A DNA stretch of 14,801 bases from a virus: the UHGV virus genome UHGV-0275206. The stretch is one strand, 5' to 3'. The notes under the pieces were generated by a model. It was not told the DNA's origin. It was given only the letters and a program-made list of their open reading frames with translations, and searched no databases. Position numbers and translations under genes: made by a program. Below are positions 1 through 7,630 of this stretch, one piece after another. Position 1 is the stretch's first letter; each line of letters starts with the position of its first letter.

Positions 1-189
1 GCGCAGCTTTTCGTTCTCAATTTCAGCATCCCTTTCGGCATACCATTTTATGACGGCGGCAGAATCATAAAGCACCTCATTACCCTTCCCACCACCCCGC
101 AGAACGGGCATTCCCTGCTCCTGCCAGTTCTGAATGGTACGGATACTCGCGCCGAAAATGTCAGCCAGCTGCTTTTTGTTGACTTCCAT
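1..189 (-). CDS. nu1: Terminase small subunit Nu1, N-terminal part (gene runs off the window start)
   Basis: Reverse-complement translation from ATG at 189..187 reads MEVNKKQLADIFGASIRTIQNWQEQGMPVLRGGGKGNEVLYDSAAVIKWYAERDAEIENEKLR, which matches my recollection of the lambda Nu1 N-terminus (HTH region). Not in the supplied ORF track because it is truncated at position 1. Confidence 0.95.
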   Translation of the reverse strand, partial: MEVNKKQLADIFGASIRTIQNWQEQGMPVLRGGGKGNEVLYDSAAVIKWYAERDAEIENEKLR

Positions 190-420
190 TGTTCATTCCA
201 CGGACAAAAACAGAGAAAGGAAACGACAGAGGCCAAAAAGCCCGTTTTCAGCACCTGTCGTTTCCTTTCTTTTCAGGGGGTGTTTTAAATAAAAACATTA
301 AGTTACGACGAAGAAGAACGGAAATGCCTTAAACCGGAAAATTTTCATAAATAGCGAAAACCCGAGAGGTCGCCGCCCCGTAACCTGTCGGATCGCCGGA
401 AAGGACCCGCAAAATGATAA
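190..420. other. Lambda-type cos site: cosB, cosN with 12-nt cohesive end at 367..378, cosQ side
   Basis: Minus strand reads GGGCGGCGACCT (plus 367..378 aggtcgccgccc), followed by sequence I recall as close to the lambda left end (CGGGTTTTCGCTATTTATGAAAATTTTCCGGTTTAAGG...) leading into Nu1. The plus-strand side 379..420 matches the recalled lambda right end (CGTAACCTGTCGGATCGCCGGAAAGGACC). Confidence 0.85.
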
Positions 421-577
421 TAATTATCATCTGCATGTCACAACGTGCATCTACGCCATCAAACCACGTCAAATAATCAATTATGACGCAGGTATCATAT
501 TAATTGATCTGCATCAACTTAACGTAAAAACAACTTCAGACAATACAAATCAGCGACACTAAATACGGGACAACCTC

Positions 578-811
578 ATGTCAACGAAGAACAGAACCCG
601 CAGAACAACAATCCGCAACATCCGCTTTCCTAACCAAATGATTGAACAAATTAACATCGCTCTTGATCAAAAAGGGTCCGGGAATTTCTCAGCCTGGGTC
701 ATTGAAGCCTGCCGCCGGAGACTGTGCTCAGAAAAAAGAGTTTCTCCTGAAGCAAACAAAGAAAAGAGTGACATTACTGAATTGCTCAGAAAACAGATCA
801 GACCAGATTGA
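578..811 (+). CDS. Small ribbon-helix-helix-like DNA-binding protein (77 aa), first gene of an AT-rich plus-strand moron
   Basis: ORF MSTKNRTRRTTIRNIRFPNQMIEQINIALDQKGSGNFSAWVIEACRRRL...; the beta-strand then two-helix pattern resembles CopG/Arc RHH regulators (pattern judgement, not searched). AT-rich upstream region with repeated ATCTGCAT motifs. Orientation is opposite to the late genes. Confidence 0.55.
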   Translation: MSTKNRTRRTTIRNIRFPNQMIEQINIALDQKGSGNFSAWVIEACRRRLCSEKRVSPEANKEKSDITELLRKQIRPD

Positions 812-867
812 AGCAATTTAGATAATCGTGCAGACTACGCCCCTCATATCACATGGAAGGTACTACA

Positions 868-1278
868 ATGGCTCAGGTTGCCATTTTTAAACAAATATTC
901 GATAAAGTGCGAAATAATTTAAACTATCACTGGTTTTATTCTGAACTAAAACGTCACAATGTCTCACATTACATTTACTATTTAGCTACAGAGAATATTC
1001 ATCTTGTTCTTGAAAACGATAATACGGTTTTAATAAAAGGACAGGGTAAGGTTGTAAATGTAAGATTTTCAAAAAATAAATGCCTTATAGAAGCCACCTT
1101 AAAAGGATTCAAATCAGGAGAGTTATCATTTTACGAATACAGGAAAAATCTTGCTACAGCAGGGGTTTTCAGATGGATTACAAATATCCACGAAAACAAA
1201 AGGTATTACTATACCTTTGATAATTCATTACTCTTTACTGAGAACATTCAGAACACTACACAAATATTTCCGCACTAA
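868..1278 (+). CDS. Hypothetical protein (136 aa from the second ATG), AT-rich, partner of the RHH gene
   Basis: ORF 853..1278; ATG at 868 is preceded by GGAAGG with 7-nt spacing. Low GC by eye (about one third). Tyr/Asn/Lys-rich and no motif I recognise. Sits at the Rz-to-cos position where lambda carries bor and related prophages carry morons. Confidence 0.55.
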   Translation: MAQVAIFKQIFDKVRNNLNYHWFYSELKRHNVSHYIYYLATENIHLVLENDNTVLIKGQGKVVNVRFSKNKCLIEATLKGFKSGELSFYEYRKNLATAGVFRWITNIHENKRYYYTFDNSLLFTENIQNTTQIFPH

Positions 1279-1534
1279 ATCATAACGTCCGGTTTCTTCC
1301 GTGCCAGAACCGGACTCGCTGGCATGATGAAATATGTGTACCCGGTAACCCCGGTGTGCATCGTTTTTGATTATTCCCGCACACTCGCGCAGAAGGAGTT
1401 CCCCGTCGGGCTACGGTCTCTGTTAATACGGGAATACGGCGACGATACAGCGCATGATGTGTCAGGCTTGAATACCTTTATCCTTTAAAAGGGATATCAG
1501 TTAAGTTATCCCGTGTAGGGTATAAACCATTATC

Positions 1535-1562
1535 AAAGCCACTCTGTAGGAAGTGGCTTTTG
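1535..1562 (+). terminator. Hairpin with T-tract downstream of the plus-strand moron
   Basis: Perfect inverted repeat AAAGCCACT (1535..1543) and AGTGGCTTT (1552..1560) with 8-nt loop, followed by TTTTG. Confidence 0.5.
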
Positions 1563-1570
1563 TAATGGCA

Positions 1571-1599
1571 ATAAAAAGCCCCGCGAATGCGAGGCTAAA
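1571..1599 (-). terminator. Rho-independent terminator downstream of Rz/Rz1 (minus strand)
   Basis: Minus strand AGCCTCGC-ATTC-GCGGGGCT (8-bp stem with one G-U, tetraloop) followed by TTTTTAT. Confidence 0.6.
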
Positions 1600-1769
1600 T
1601 CCTGGTATTTGTAATGACTGGTTCTTATCTCAACGCAGCCCCTTACCGCGCGCAAAATGCTCAATATCAAGCATCAGCAATGAGATGTTTAATCTGGATT
1701 CACTCCAGAAGTGAGCACCACCCTGTCTACAGAGCCAGATGTGAAGGATGATGAGTAAAATTATCGCTA

Positions 1770-2237
1770 TCATCGAAGGCATTGCGTCCTGATGTATTCC
1801 TGAAGCGTTCTCAGTGCTGTTTGGTCGCGGATAATTCCGTCCCGGATACCGAGAACGTTTCGTCCAGCAACTGGAGAGAGTTCGACGGTGGCATCATTGC
1901 CCATGCCGGAGGCGCTGGAGGTTTCGGCTGAGGATGGCACAGGGCATTTTCCTTTGACGAGCACCCGACCACCATTATCAAGCTTGCGCCGAAGAGCATC
2001 ATTTTCAGCTTTCGCATCAGCTAACTCCTTCGTGTATTTATCATCGAGTGCATCAGCATCACGCTGGCGCTGCTGCATGTCAGTAATGGTGGCGTTCGCC
2101 TTCTCCAGTTCACTGGCCTTGTTATCGCGCTGTTCTTTGTAGGCGATTGCATTATCACGGTAATGATTAACAGCCCATGACAGGCAGACGATGATGCAGA
2201 TAACCAGAGCGGAGATAATCGCGGTTACCCTGCTCAT
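1770..2237 (-). CDS. Rz: Spanin inner-membrane subunit Rz (i-spanin)
   Basis: From ATG 2237: [38 protein letters not shown]...[15 protein letters not shown], matching the lambda Rz N-terminus as I recall it. ATGA overlap with the endolysin stop. Confidence 0.88.
   Translation of the reverse strand: MSRVTAIISALVICIIVCLSWAVNHYRDNAIAYKEQRDNKASELEKANATITDMQQRQRDADALDDKYTKELADAKAENDALRRKLDNGGRVLVKGKCPVPSSAETSSASGMGNDATVELSPVAGRNVLGIRDGIIRDQTALRTLQEYIRTQCLR
1811..2017 (-). CDS. Rz1: Spanin outer-membrane lipoprotein Rz1 (o-spanin), embedded in the +1 frame of Rz
   Basis: [39 protein letters not shown]...: signal peptide, lipobox (VVGC) and proline-rich segment typical of Rz1; entirely inside Rz. 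Confidence 0.75.
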   Translation of the reverse strand: MRKLKMMLFGASLIMVVGCSSKENALCHPQPKPPAPPAWAMMPPSNSLQLLDETFSVSGTELSATKQH

Positions 2238-2731
2238 TGTTGCCCCCACAAACAGACCTCACGCTCAATCTCACGACGAGTCATCAGGCCTTTCCATTGC
2301 TTACCGCCAGCGTATGCCCAGCGACGTAGCTGGTCACATGCGCCCTTGATATCGCCCTGGTTTATTTTGCGAAGAAGAGTAGATGTTCTGAAATTGCCTG
2401 CGCCCACGTTATAGACGAACGAGTAAAGAGCGCCGCGCGTTGTTTCCGGTATATCGACTTTGATGTACGGGTTAATTTGTCTGGCGACCGTGGCAAGGTC
2501 TTTATTCAGGAGGGCTTTGCATTCTGCTTCGGTATACGTTTTACCTAGCATGATGTCTTTTCCGGTGTGTCCGTAACATACAGTCCATACACCAACAATA
2601 TCTTTGTATGGTATGTGGCTAACACCTTCCAGACCATCGTCACCACTTGGGCCAGTGATTAACACAGATGCTATAGCAATTGCCCCACCACCAATAGCAG
2701 CAGCAACAGCCTTGCGTAATGATGGCGACAT
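2234..2731 (-). CDS. R: SAR endolysin (T4-lysozyme-like muramidase, phage 21 R-type)
   Basis: 165 aa, [59 protein letters not shown]...: Gly/Ala-rich N-terminal signal-anchor-release domain followed by a lysozyme fold; near-identical to what I recall of phage 21 R. Overlaps the holin stop by ATGA/TAATG coupling. Confidence 0.9.
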   Translation of the reverse strand: MSPSLRKAVAAAIGGGAIAIASVLITGPSGDDGLEGVSHIPYKDIVGVWTVCYGHTGKDIMLGKTYTEAECKALLNKDLATVARQINPYIKVDIPETTRGALYSFVYNVGAGNFRTSTLLRKINQGDIKGACDQLRRWAYAGGKQWKGLMTRREIEREVCLWGQQ

Positions 2732-2946
2732 TATTCACCTCTCGCAGCCTTACGCTTATCTTCTTTAATCTTGAAATAAAGGTTTGTCAGATACGTCAGC
2801 AAGCCAAATACCAGACTACCCAGCACTCCAATTGCCGCCCACTGTGAGGGCGTGACTTTATCGAGCAACTGTAAAAACCAGTACCCGACACTACCTGCTG
2901 AGGTGCCATAGGCGACACCCGTTGTTAACTTATCCATGGATTTCAT
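2731..2946 (-). CDS. S: Pinholin, class II holin of phage 21 S type, with dual-start motif (MKSMDK)
   Basis: From ATG 2946: [71 protein letters not shown] (71 aa). The MKS-M start pair gives antiholin and holin forms. SD GAGGTGG upstream. The ORF-track extension to 3009 begins with GTG and is unlikely. Confidence 0.9.
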   Translation of the reverse strand: MKSMDKLTTGVAYGTSAGSVGYWFLQLLDKVTPSQWAAIGVLGSLVFGLLTYLTNLYFKIKEDKRKAARGE

Positions 2947-2983
2947 AACCCCACCTCGCAGATGCGGGTGCTGTGTAATGGAA

Positions 2984-3008
2984 ATAAAAAGGCCACCTGA
3001 CGTGGCCA
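2984..3008 (-). terminator. Rho-independent terminator between the methyltransferase gene and the holin (minus strand)
   Basis: Minus strand GGCCAC-GTCAG-GTGGCC (plus 2991..3007) immediately followed by TTTTTATTT. Confidence 0.7.
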
Positions 3009-3013
3009 CCAGA

Positions 3014-4066
3014 TTATTTCCCCACCAGCTCGTTTATCTCTTTCACTGTCTGGTTAAACCGCTCTGACTCAAGCTCAACACCTAAGGCCCGACGCCCCAA
3101 CGCCATTGCTGCTTTTATTGTGGAACCGGATCCCATAAAAAAATCAGCAACCAGATCACCAGGTCGACTACTGGCATTGATTATTTGCCTGAGCATATCC
3201 GCCGGTTTCTCACACGGATGTTTACCCGGGTAGAACTGAACGGGTTTATGCATCCAGACATCGGTATAAGGCACGGAGACTGATACGGAGAAATAGCGCC
3301 GGAGAGATTTAAACTCATCCAGCAATTCAGAATATTTACGATTCAGTGAATCATAAGATGCCACCAGTTGGTGGTGTGGTTGTTCCAGTTGTTGTTCCTG
3401 AAACTTCTCTGCCGCTATACGGGAAAACAGTGCCTGTAACTTCCGATAGTCAGCCTCATTCGGCAACTGCCACTGACTGGCACCAAACCAGTGGGAAACC
3501 ATATTTTTCTTACCTGTGGCTTCGGCAATTTGTTTTGCCGTTATACCCAGTTCGGCACGAGCATCCCTGAAATACGATATCAGCGGTGCCATTATGTGCT
3601 GTTTGAGTTCCCTTTCTTTTGCCGCATAGCCGTCACTTTTGCCGCGATATGGCCCCTGGTAATGTTCAGCAAACAGAACGCGCTCTGTGGCAGGAAAATA
3701 TGCGCGCAGACTTTCTTTATTACACCCATTCCAACGTCCGGACGGCTTCGCCCAGATGATATGGTTAAGCACGTTGAAACGTTCACGCATCATGATCTCA
3801 ATATCAGATGCCAGGCGATGCCCACAGAACAGGTAAAGGCTTCCGGCAGGTTTCAACACCCGCCAGAACTGGGCCAGACAGTGGTCCAGCCACTTAAGGT
3901 AATCTTCGTCCCCTTTCCACTGATTGTCCCAGCCGTTGGGTTTCACCTTGAAGTAAGGCGGATCGGTAACAATCAGGTCAATGGAATCATCAGGCAGGGA
4001 CTGAATAAAATGCAGGCAATCAGCGTTGATTAAATCAACACTGTTTATTTTTACAGTATTTTTCAT
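3014..4066 (-). CDS. DNA methyltransferase, beta-class (motif IV DPPY before motif I FxGxG); likely N6-adenine-specific orphan MTase
   Basis: 350 aa; [10 protein letters not shown] near the N-terminus and DFFMGSGST near the C-terminus. No adjacent restriction endonuclease gene. No SD at the start. Confidence 0.85.
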   Translation of the reverse strand: MKNTVKINSVDLINADCLHFIQSLPDDSIDLIVTDPPYFKVKPNGWDNQWKGDEDYLKWLDHCLAQFWRVLKPAGSLYLFCGHRLASDIEIMMRERFNVLNHIIWAKPSGRWNGCNKESLRAYFPATERVLFAEHYQGPYRGKSDGYAAKERELKQHIMAPLISYFRDARAELGITAKQIAEATGKKNMVSHWFGASQWQLPNEADYRKLQALFSRIAAEKFQEQQLEQPHHQLVASYDSLNRKYSELLDEFKSLRRYFSVSVSVPYTDVWMHKPVQFYPGKHPCEKPADMLRQIINASSRPGDLVADFFMGSGSTIKAAMALGRRALGVELESERFNQTVKEINELVGK

Positions 4067-4216
4067 GGATCAGTAAGCGTAACTCTGGTAGGCTCACTCT
4101 GCTTTTGCGCTAAAGCAGTGGGCCGTGGTTCGCTTGTGACCAGTAGGCATGAGCGAATGGCTGGCAGGTGCTACCAACACCCACCAGCCGCCCATTTTCA
4201 CAGCAGGAAACCGCCA

Positions 4217-4420
4217 TTACTGGCAGCGTCTGAATTTATTCCCGTACCCGCCGTTATCCTTCGCCAGACCCGCCAGAACTAACTGAGTCAGTATTAACTG
4301 GCACCGGGCTTCGCTTACTCCGGTAGTTCTCGTCATCATGCGTGGCGTTACCCACTTGTCAGCAGGTAAGAAATGAAGGACTGCGGCGGCGGTTTCTGTC
4401 ATATCTTGCTGTTTTAGCAT
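4217..4420 (-). CDS. Small hypothetical protein (about 67 aa), possible winged-helix-like
   Basis: ORF 4217..4444. The internal ATG at 4420 has a good SD (AGAAGGGA, 7-nt spacing), whereas the first ATG has none. No recognised family. Confidence 0.4.
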   Translation of the reverse strand: MLKQQDMTETAAAVLHFLPADKWVTPRMMTRTTGVSEARCQLILTQLVLAGLAKDNGGYGNKFRRCQ

Positions 4421-4542
4421 GTCTTTTTCCCTTCTGGTTAACATGACATACCAATAACTCTTGTCTAAAATGCCAGCAAGATAAAAAGTCAGTATTCACG
4501 ACAACCAGCGTGTTTACTGTACTGCACCAGGTTTACAGGTAC

Positions 4543-4566
4543 AAAAAAACCGCTCAGCGGCGGGTT
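4543..4566 (-). terminator. Candidate tR'-like intrinsic terminator of a short late-promoter transcript
   Basis: Minus strand CCGC-TGA-GCGG short stem (extendable by a G-U) followed by TTTTTTT (plus A-run 4543..4549). Weak stem, strong T-tract. Confidence 0.4.
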
Positions 4567-4639
4567 TAAGTTGTGTGGCGAAGTAACCACTCTTAACATG
4601 CTAAATGAAAAAATGCGGACCGCGTTAGTGATTTTTCAT

Positions 4640-4695
4640 CTCTTTCACGTTAATTTAAGTCTACAGGATAGAATTAAAAATAAACTGAGGCAAAA
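4640..4695. promoter_or_regulatory. AT-rich divergent promoter region: candidate late promoter PR' (minus) and promoter for the plus-strand cargo operon
   Basis: Minus strand: -35 TTGCCT (plus 4688..4693), 17-bp spacer, -10 TATCCT (plus 4665..4670), then a -10-like TTAAAT element in the initially transcribed region, as in lambdoid PR' sigma-dependent pause sites. Plus strand: -10 TAGAAT (4669..4674) with a weak -35, then SD GAGG (4687..4690). Confidence 0.35.
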
Positions 4696-5559
4696 TTGGA
4701 TAGTTCTACCACTTTCAAAGTCTTCTATGATGCCGAAGATGAAGAATTAGCACAGCATAAGATTGATGCAAAAACACTAAGTTTATCAATAGGGTCTATG
4801 GCTGACCTTATTGCAAAGGCGGATCGAAATCTTAATGATGGGCAGGAAACAGTCAAATTGATGGTTACCGCTCCTGCTGCACCTGGATCAATCGGTGTTA
4901 TTTATTCAATGCAAGAGTTAGTTCCTCATGCTGTCGATGTCGCCAAAGCAATTGGACTCACTGTTGCTGGTGGTGCATTAGCTGGTGGCTCAGCTCTTGC
5001 ATTGATTCGACAATTGGGGAGTAGAAAGGTTATTTCTGTTACTCGAAAGGTCGACACACAAGAAGCAGTATTAGAACTTGATGGAGAAGAAATTATTTGT
5101 CATGAGGCTGTTGCAAAGTTAGTGACTGATCCCGAAATACGACAAGCCTTAGTTAACGTAGTTAGAGCACCACTAGATGGTAAAGAGCGCCCGATCTTCA
5201 AAATTACTGATGATAATGGAGAAGAGATTCTCAAGCTTGAAGGAGAAGAAACTGAAGAAATCAAACCACTACCACGTGGTACTTTACTAGAAAAAGAAGT
5301 TTCTATTGATGAGGTTAACGTCAGATTCATTCAAGTAAACTTTGAAGGGAATAAGGGATGGCGAATTGATTATCTTGGTGAAGAACATTCAGTAAGCCTA
5401 GATGACAATGTTTTCCTTTCGCAGGTTCAGGCTGCAACAGTACAATTTTCAAAAGAGGACCTTTATGTTGTTGATTTAGAAACAACAAAAACATTTACTG
5501 CGCGTGGCGTAACAAACCGTTATGCTATCAAAAAAGTTAAACGTAGACGACCAGCTTAA
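4696..5559 (+). CDS. Cargo gene A: acidic 287-aa protein of unknown function with one Gly-zipper hydrophobic segment
   Basis: TTG start 5 nt after SD GAGG. GC about 37-40% by eye versus about 50-55% in flanking phage genes. Segment AKAIGLTVAGGALAGGSALALIRQLG carries GxxxG motifs; basic C-terminal tail KKVKRRRPA. No catalytic motif recognised. Confidence 0.6.
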   Translation: MDSSTTFKVFYDAEDEELAQHKIDAKTLSLSIGSMADLIAKADRNLNDGQETVKLMVTAPAAPGSIGVIYSMQELVPHAVDVAKAIGLTVAGGALAGGSALALIRQLGSRKVISVTRKVDTQEAVLELDGEEIICHEAVAKLVTDPEIRQALVNVVRAPLDGKERPIFKITDDNGEEILKLEGEETEEIKPLPRGTLLEKEVSIDEVNVRFIQVNFEGNKGWRIDYLGEEHSVSLDDNVFLSQVQAATVQFSKEDLYVVDLETTKTFTARGVTNRYAIKKVKRRRPA

Positions 5560-5565
5560 ACAGGA

Positions 5566-5829
5566 ATGATGTTAACCCAGCAGATCATAGAACTCGCGAT
5601 GTGGATAGGGGTGATCATGATATCACCTCTCCTGTTTCGCTTCTCATACGCTGCATCCGCTTTACTATGGCGGAGGTTATTCCCTGTTCGTAAGTTTGAG
5701 TTTGTTTTTGTCGATGAAGTCACCAACGATAAGCGGTCAATCACTATTGTCATGCCTAAAGACAAAAGCAAAACTATCGTTCAACTGATAGAAGAAGCAA
5801 CGAATGACGGCACCAGTTCAAATGTCTGA
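5566..5829 (+). CDS. Cargo gene B: small membrane protein (87 aa, N-terminal transmembrane segment)
   Basis: Starts 7 nt after the gene A stop (AGGA ATG ATG). Hydrophobic stretch LAMWIGVIMISPLLFRFSYAASALLW, then a charged soluble tail. Confidence 0.55.
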   Translation: MMLTQQIIELAMWIGVIMISPLLFRFSYAASALLWRRLFPVRKFEFVFVDEVTNDKRSITIVMPKDKSKTIVQLIEEATNDGTSSNV

Positions 5830-6235
5830 TGAAAAAAAACCAACTAGCCCAGTCACTTCAACCCTCTCTACTGGCGGTTTTGGGATCATTTTGTCAGGTC
5901 TGGTAACATTTTGCGTACCTGATGCCAATTCAAACCTTGCGAAATTACTATATTTAATAATACCTCTTATTTCGGCAATCCTGACATATATACTTTGCTG
6001 GGTAATTGCACGTCATGGACTTGAATCACCAGAAGATGCAGCAAAAAGAAAGCAATGCCTCCGAGATCTCGAGACCATTGATAAGCAATTAGCATCGAAA
6101 TATACCACTGATGAGTTTAGGCAAAAGCTGCTACGCTCTCGAGAAGCAACTGTGGAAATAATGATCAATATAGGAAAAAATAGTACAGCAAATCCATTAC
6201 CAAAATTTGAACAAATTGAGAAAGATACTGTGTAG
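5804..6235 (+). CDS. Cargo gene C: membrane protein (143 aa, or 137 aa from ATG 5822) with two predicted TM helices and a charged C-terminal helical region
   Basis: Overlaps gene B (coupled). TM candidates GGFGIILSGLVTFCV and LAKLLYLIIPLISAILTYILCWVIA; C-terminal KRKQCLRDLETIDKQLASKYTTDEFRQKLLRSREATVEIM. Ends 18 bp from the convergent Q stop. Confidence 0.55.
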   Translation: MTAPVQMSDEKKPTSPVTSTLSTGGFGIILSGLVTFCVPDANSNLAKLLYLIIPLISAILTYILCWVIARHGLESPEDAAKRKQCLRDLETIDKQLASKYTTDEFRQKLLRSREATVEIMINIGKNSTANPLPKFEQIEKDTV

Positions 6236-6253
6236 GTATCTTTCTCATCTTAA

Positions 6254-6616
6254 TTAATCCATATCTAATGTTAGATCTAGCATTGAAAGGCAGCCATCAA
6301 TAAACCCCTCAGCCATCTGTATCTCAATGCGTATTAATTTCTCATCCTTTTTACGAGCCTTGGCGAGCTTTCTTTTAGAGATACCGAATAGGTAATGGGC
6401 AACAAGAAGCGAATGTTCGTCCGGCCTTTTTTGCTTTAGACGAGCAAGACAACCTTCAAGAATTAATGCATCACTATCTGAACAAGCCTGACGTGTTTTG
6501 CTTGTATAGGGAAGAAGCCCTTTAAACCCAGCAGCTATAGGAGAATAGTCAACTCCTGAACTATCACTCGCCGCCCATGCTCCCCAACGATCCAGAACCA
6601 TTTGAATATCACGCAT
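6254..6616 (-). CDS. Q: Late-gene antitermination protein Q (short Phage_antitermQ type, as in DLP12 QuuD / phage 82)
   Basis: From ATG 6616: MRDIQMVLDRWGAWAASDSSGVDYSPIAAGFKGLL...EGCLARLKQ...; close in pattern to the roughly 125-aa QuuD-type Q as I recall it. SD GGAG upstream. The track start at 6631 is a TTG. Confidence 0.8.
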   Translation of the reverse strand: MRDIQMVLDRWGAWAASDSSGVDYSPIAAGFKGLLPYTSKTRQACSDSDALILEGCLARLKQKRPDEHSLLVAHYLFGISKRKLAKARKKDEKLIRIEIQMAEGFIDGCLSMLDLTLDMD

Positions 6617-6633
6617 CAACTTTCTCCACAAAA

Positions 6634-7629
6634 TCAGGCCAGTACGCCAATTGCCAGCACACGATCGATAAAACGAAATATCAGCTCCAGTTGGGAGCCA
6701 TACTTCTCTTCAAATGCCACGGTATCTGCATGCAGCTCGTCGTGATGCTTTCTGCACAAAGGCAACACAAAAAGGTCATGCGCTTTTGTTCCCATTCCAC
6801 CCTGACCGTGACCTATCAGGTGGTGGGGATCATCAGCGGGCTTTCCACAACATGCACACGGCTGTGTCTTAACCCAGCGCGTGTACTTTTCATTAACCCA
6901 GCGGCGACGTTTTGGGCGTAACATAAAAGACTCCGGCGACTCCGGATCCACTTTCAGCGCCAGCACCTTTTTCGCCTTATCCTGGATGATGCTGGTGGCA
7001 GGAACCGAAGGCACAAGGTCACTTTCCCGGGTAACAGACGGCACAACAGGCTTCGGTAATCTCAGTGCCTTACGGGCTGCACTTTCCGGTAAGGCATCCG
7101 CCAGATCATTACGAATCAGCCACCAGCACAGTTCCGGCATTGTCACAACGTGACTGTCATCAAAACCGAGATCCCGACGCACAACAGACAACACCCAGCG
7201 GGCACAGTTATCCGTTGCCATTGATTCCAGCCGTTCCGTGAACTGATCGCGCAGCTGGTTATCGCAGTGCCAGCACAGACGGATTGCACCCGGAGCGTGT
7301 CGCATTGTGGTCATGTTCTCGCTGTGCCAGTCGGAATGAGGCCACTGGCAGCCTTTTTCACGAAGTAACCAGCTTTCAAGACATTCCACGCCACCAGCAC
7401 GACGGATCACTGCCTCATTGCGGAACACGGCCCGAACGGCAGGATCATCCGCCAGCGGTTGTGATGCCGCCGGAACGGCACCACTGGCGAAAGATGAATA
7501 ACGCTCCGGCTCAGGCTCCAGCAGGACACGCCCCTGCATAAACAGGGGCATCAGCTCTGAACCTGGCCTGAACAATACGATCCCCATACGCGGGGCTATT
7601 TCAGGGGTCAGTAGTGCTCTCACGGTCAC
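6634..7629 (-). CDS. DUF968 (YdfU-like) protein with C-terminal HNH-like Cys/His cluster
   Basis: 331 aa; C-terminal ...QPCACCGKPADDPHHLIGHGQGG...LPLCRKHHDELH; sits directly upstream of Q as ydfU does next to quuQ in Qin-type prophages. GTG start (alternative GTG at 7623 with SD GAGG). Confidence 0.75.
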   Translation of the reverse strand: MTVRALLTPEIAPRMGIVLFRPGSELMPLFMQGRVLLEPEPERYSSFASGAVPAASQPLADDPAVRAVFRNEAVIRRAGGVECLESWLLREKGCQWPHSDWHSENMTTMRHAPGAIRLCWHCDNQLRDQFTERLESMATDNCARWVLSVVRRDLGFDDSHVVTMPELCWWLIRNDLADALPESAARKALRLPKPVVPSVTRESDLVPSVPATSIIQDKAKKVLALKVDPESPESFMLRPKRRRWVNEKYTRWVKTQPCACCGKPADDPHHLIGHGQGGMGTKAHDLFVLPLCRKHHDELHADTVAFEEKYGSQLELIFRFIDRVLAIGVLA

Positions 7630-7630
7630 C

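Noticed and set aside
48-254. 68-aa minus-strand ORF across the Nu1 start and cos
   Set aside because: Out of frame with the clearly recognisable Nu1 reading frame and runs through cos; a shadow ORF.
3346-4033. ORFs 3346..3570 (+), 3491..4033 (+, 180 aa) and 3592..3786 (-) inside the methyltransferase gene
   Set aside because: Antisense or alternate-frame shadows of a well-supported 350-aa methyltransferase ORF with conserved motifs; low-complexity translations.
4067-4216. tRNA genes between Q and the lysis genes (as carried by some Stx phages)
   Set aside because: No cloverleaf-compatible sequence or T-loop GTTCRANYC motif seen in the intergenic stretches at 4067..4216, 4445..4695 or 1279..1770.
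5100-5771. Minus-strand ORFs 5100..5330 and 5556..5771 within the cargo operon
   Set aside because: Serine/leucine-rich low-complexity translations antisense to coupled plus-strand genes; no start context.
6577-7541. Plus-strand ORFs 6577..6921, 6881..7153, 7284..7541 inside DUF968
   Set aside because: Antisense shadows of the DUF968 gene; Arg/His-rich composition typical of GC-rich antisense frames.
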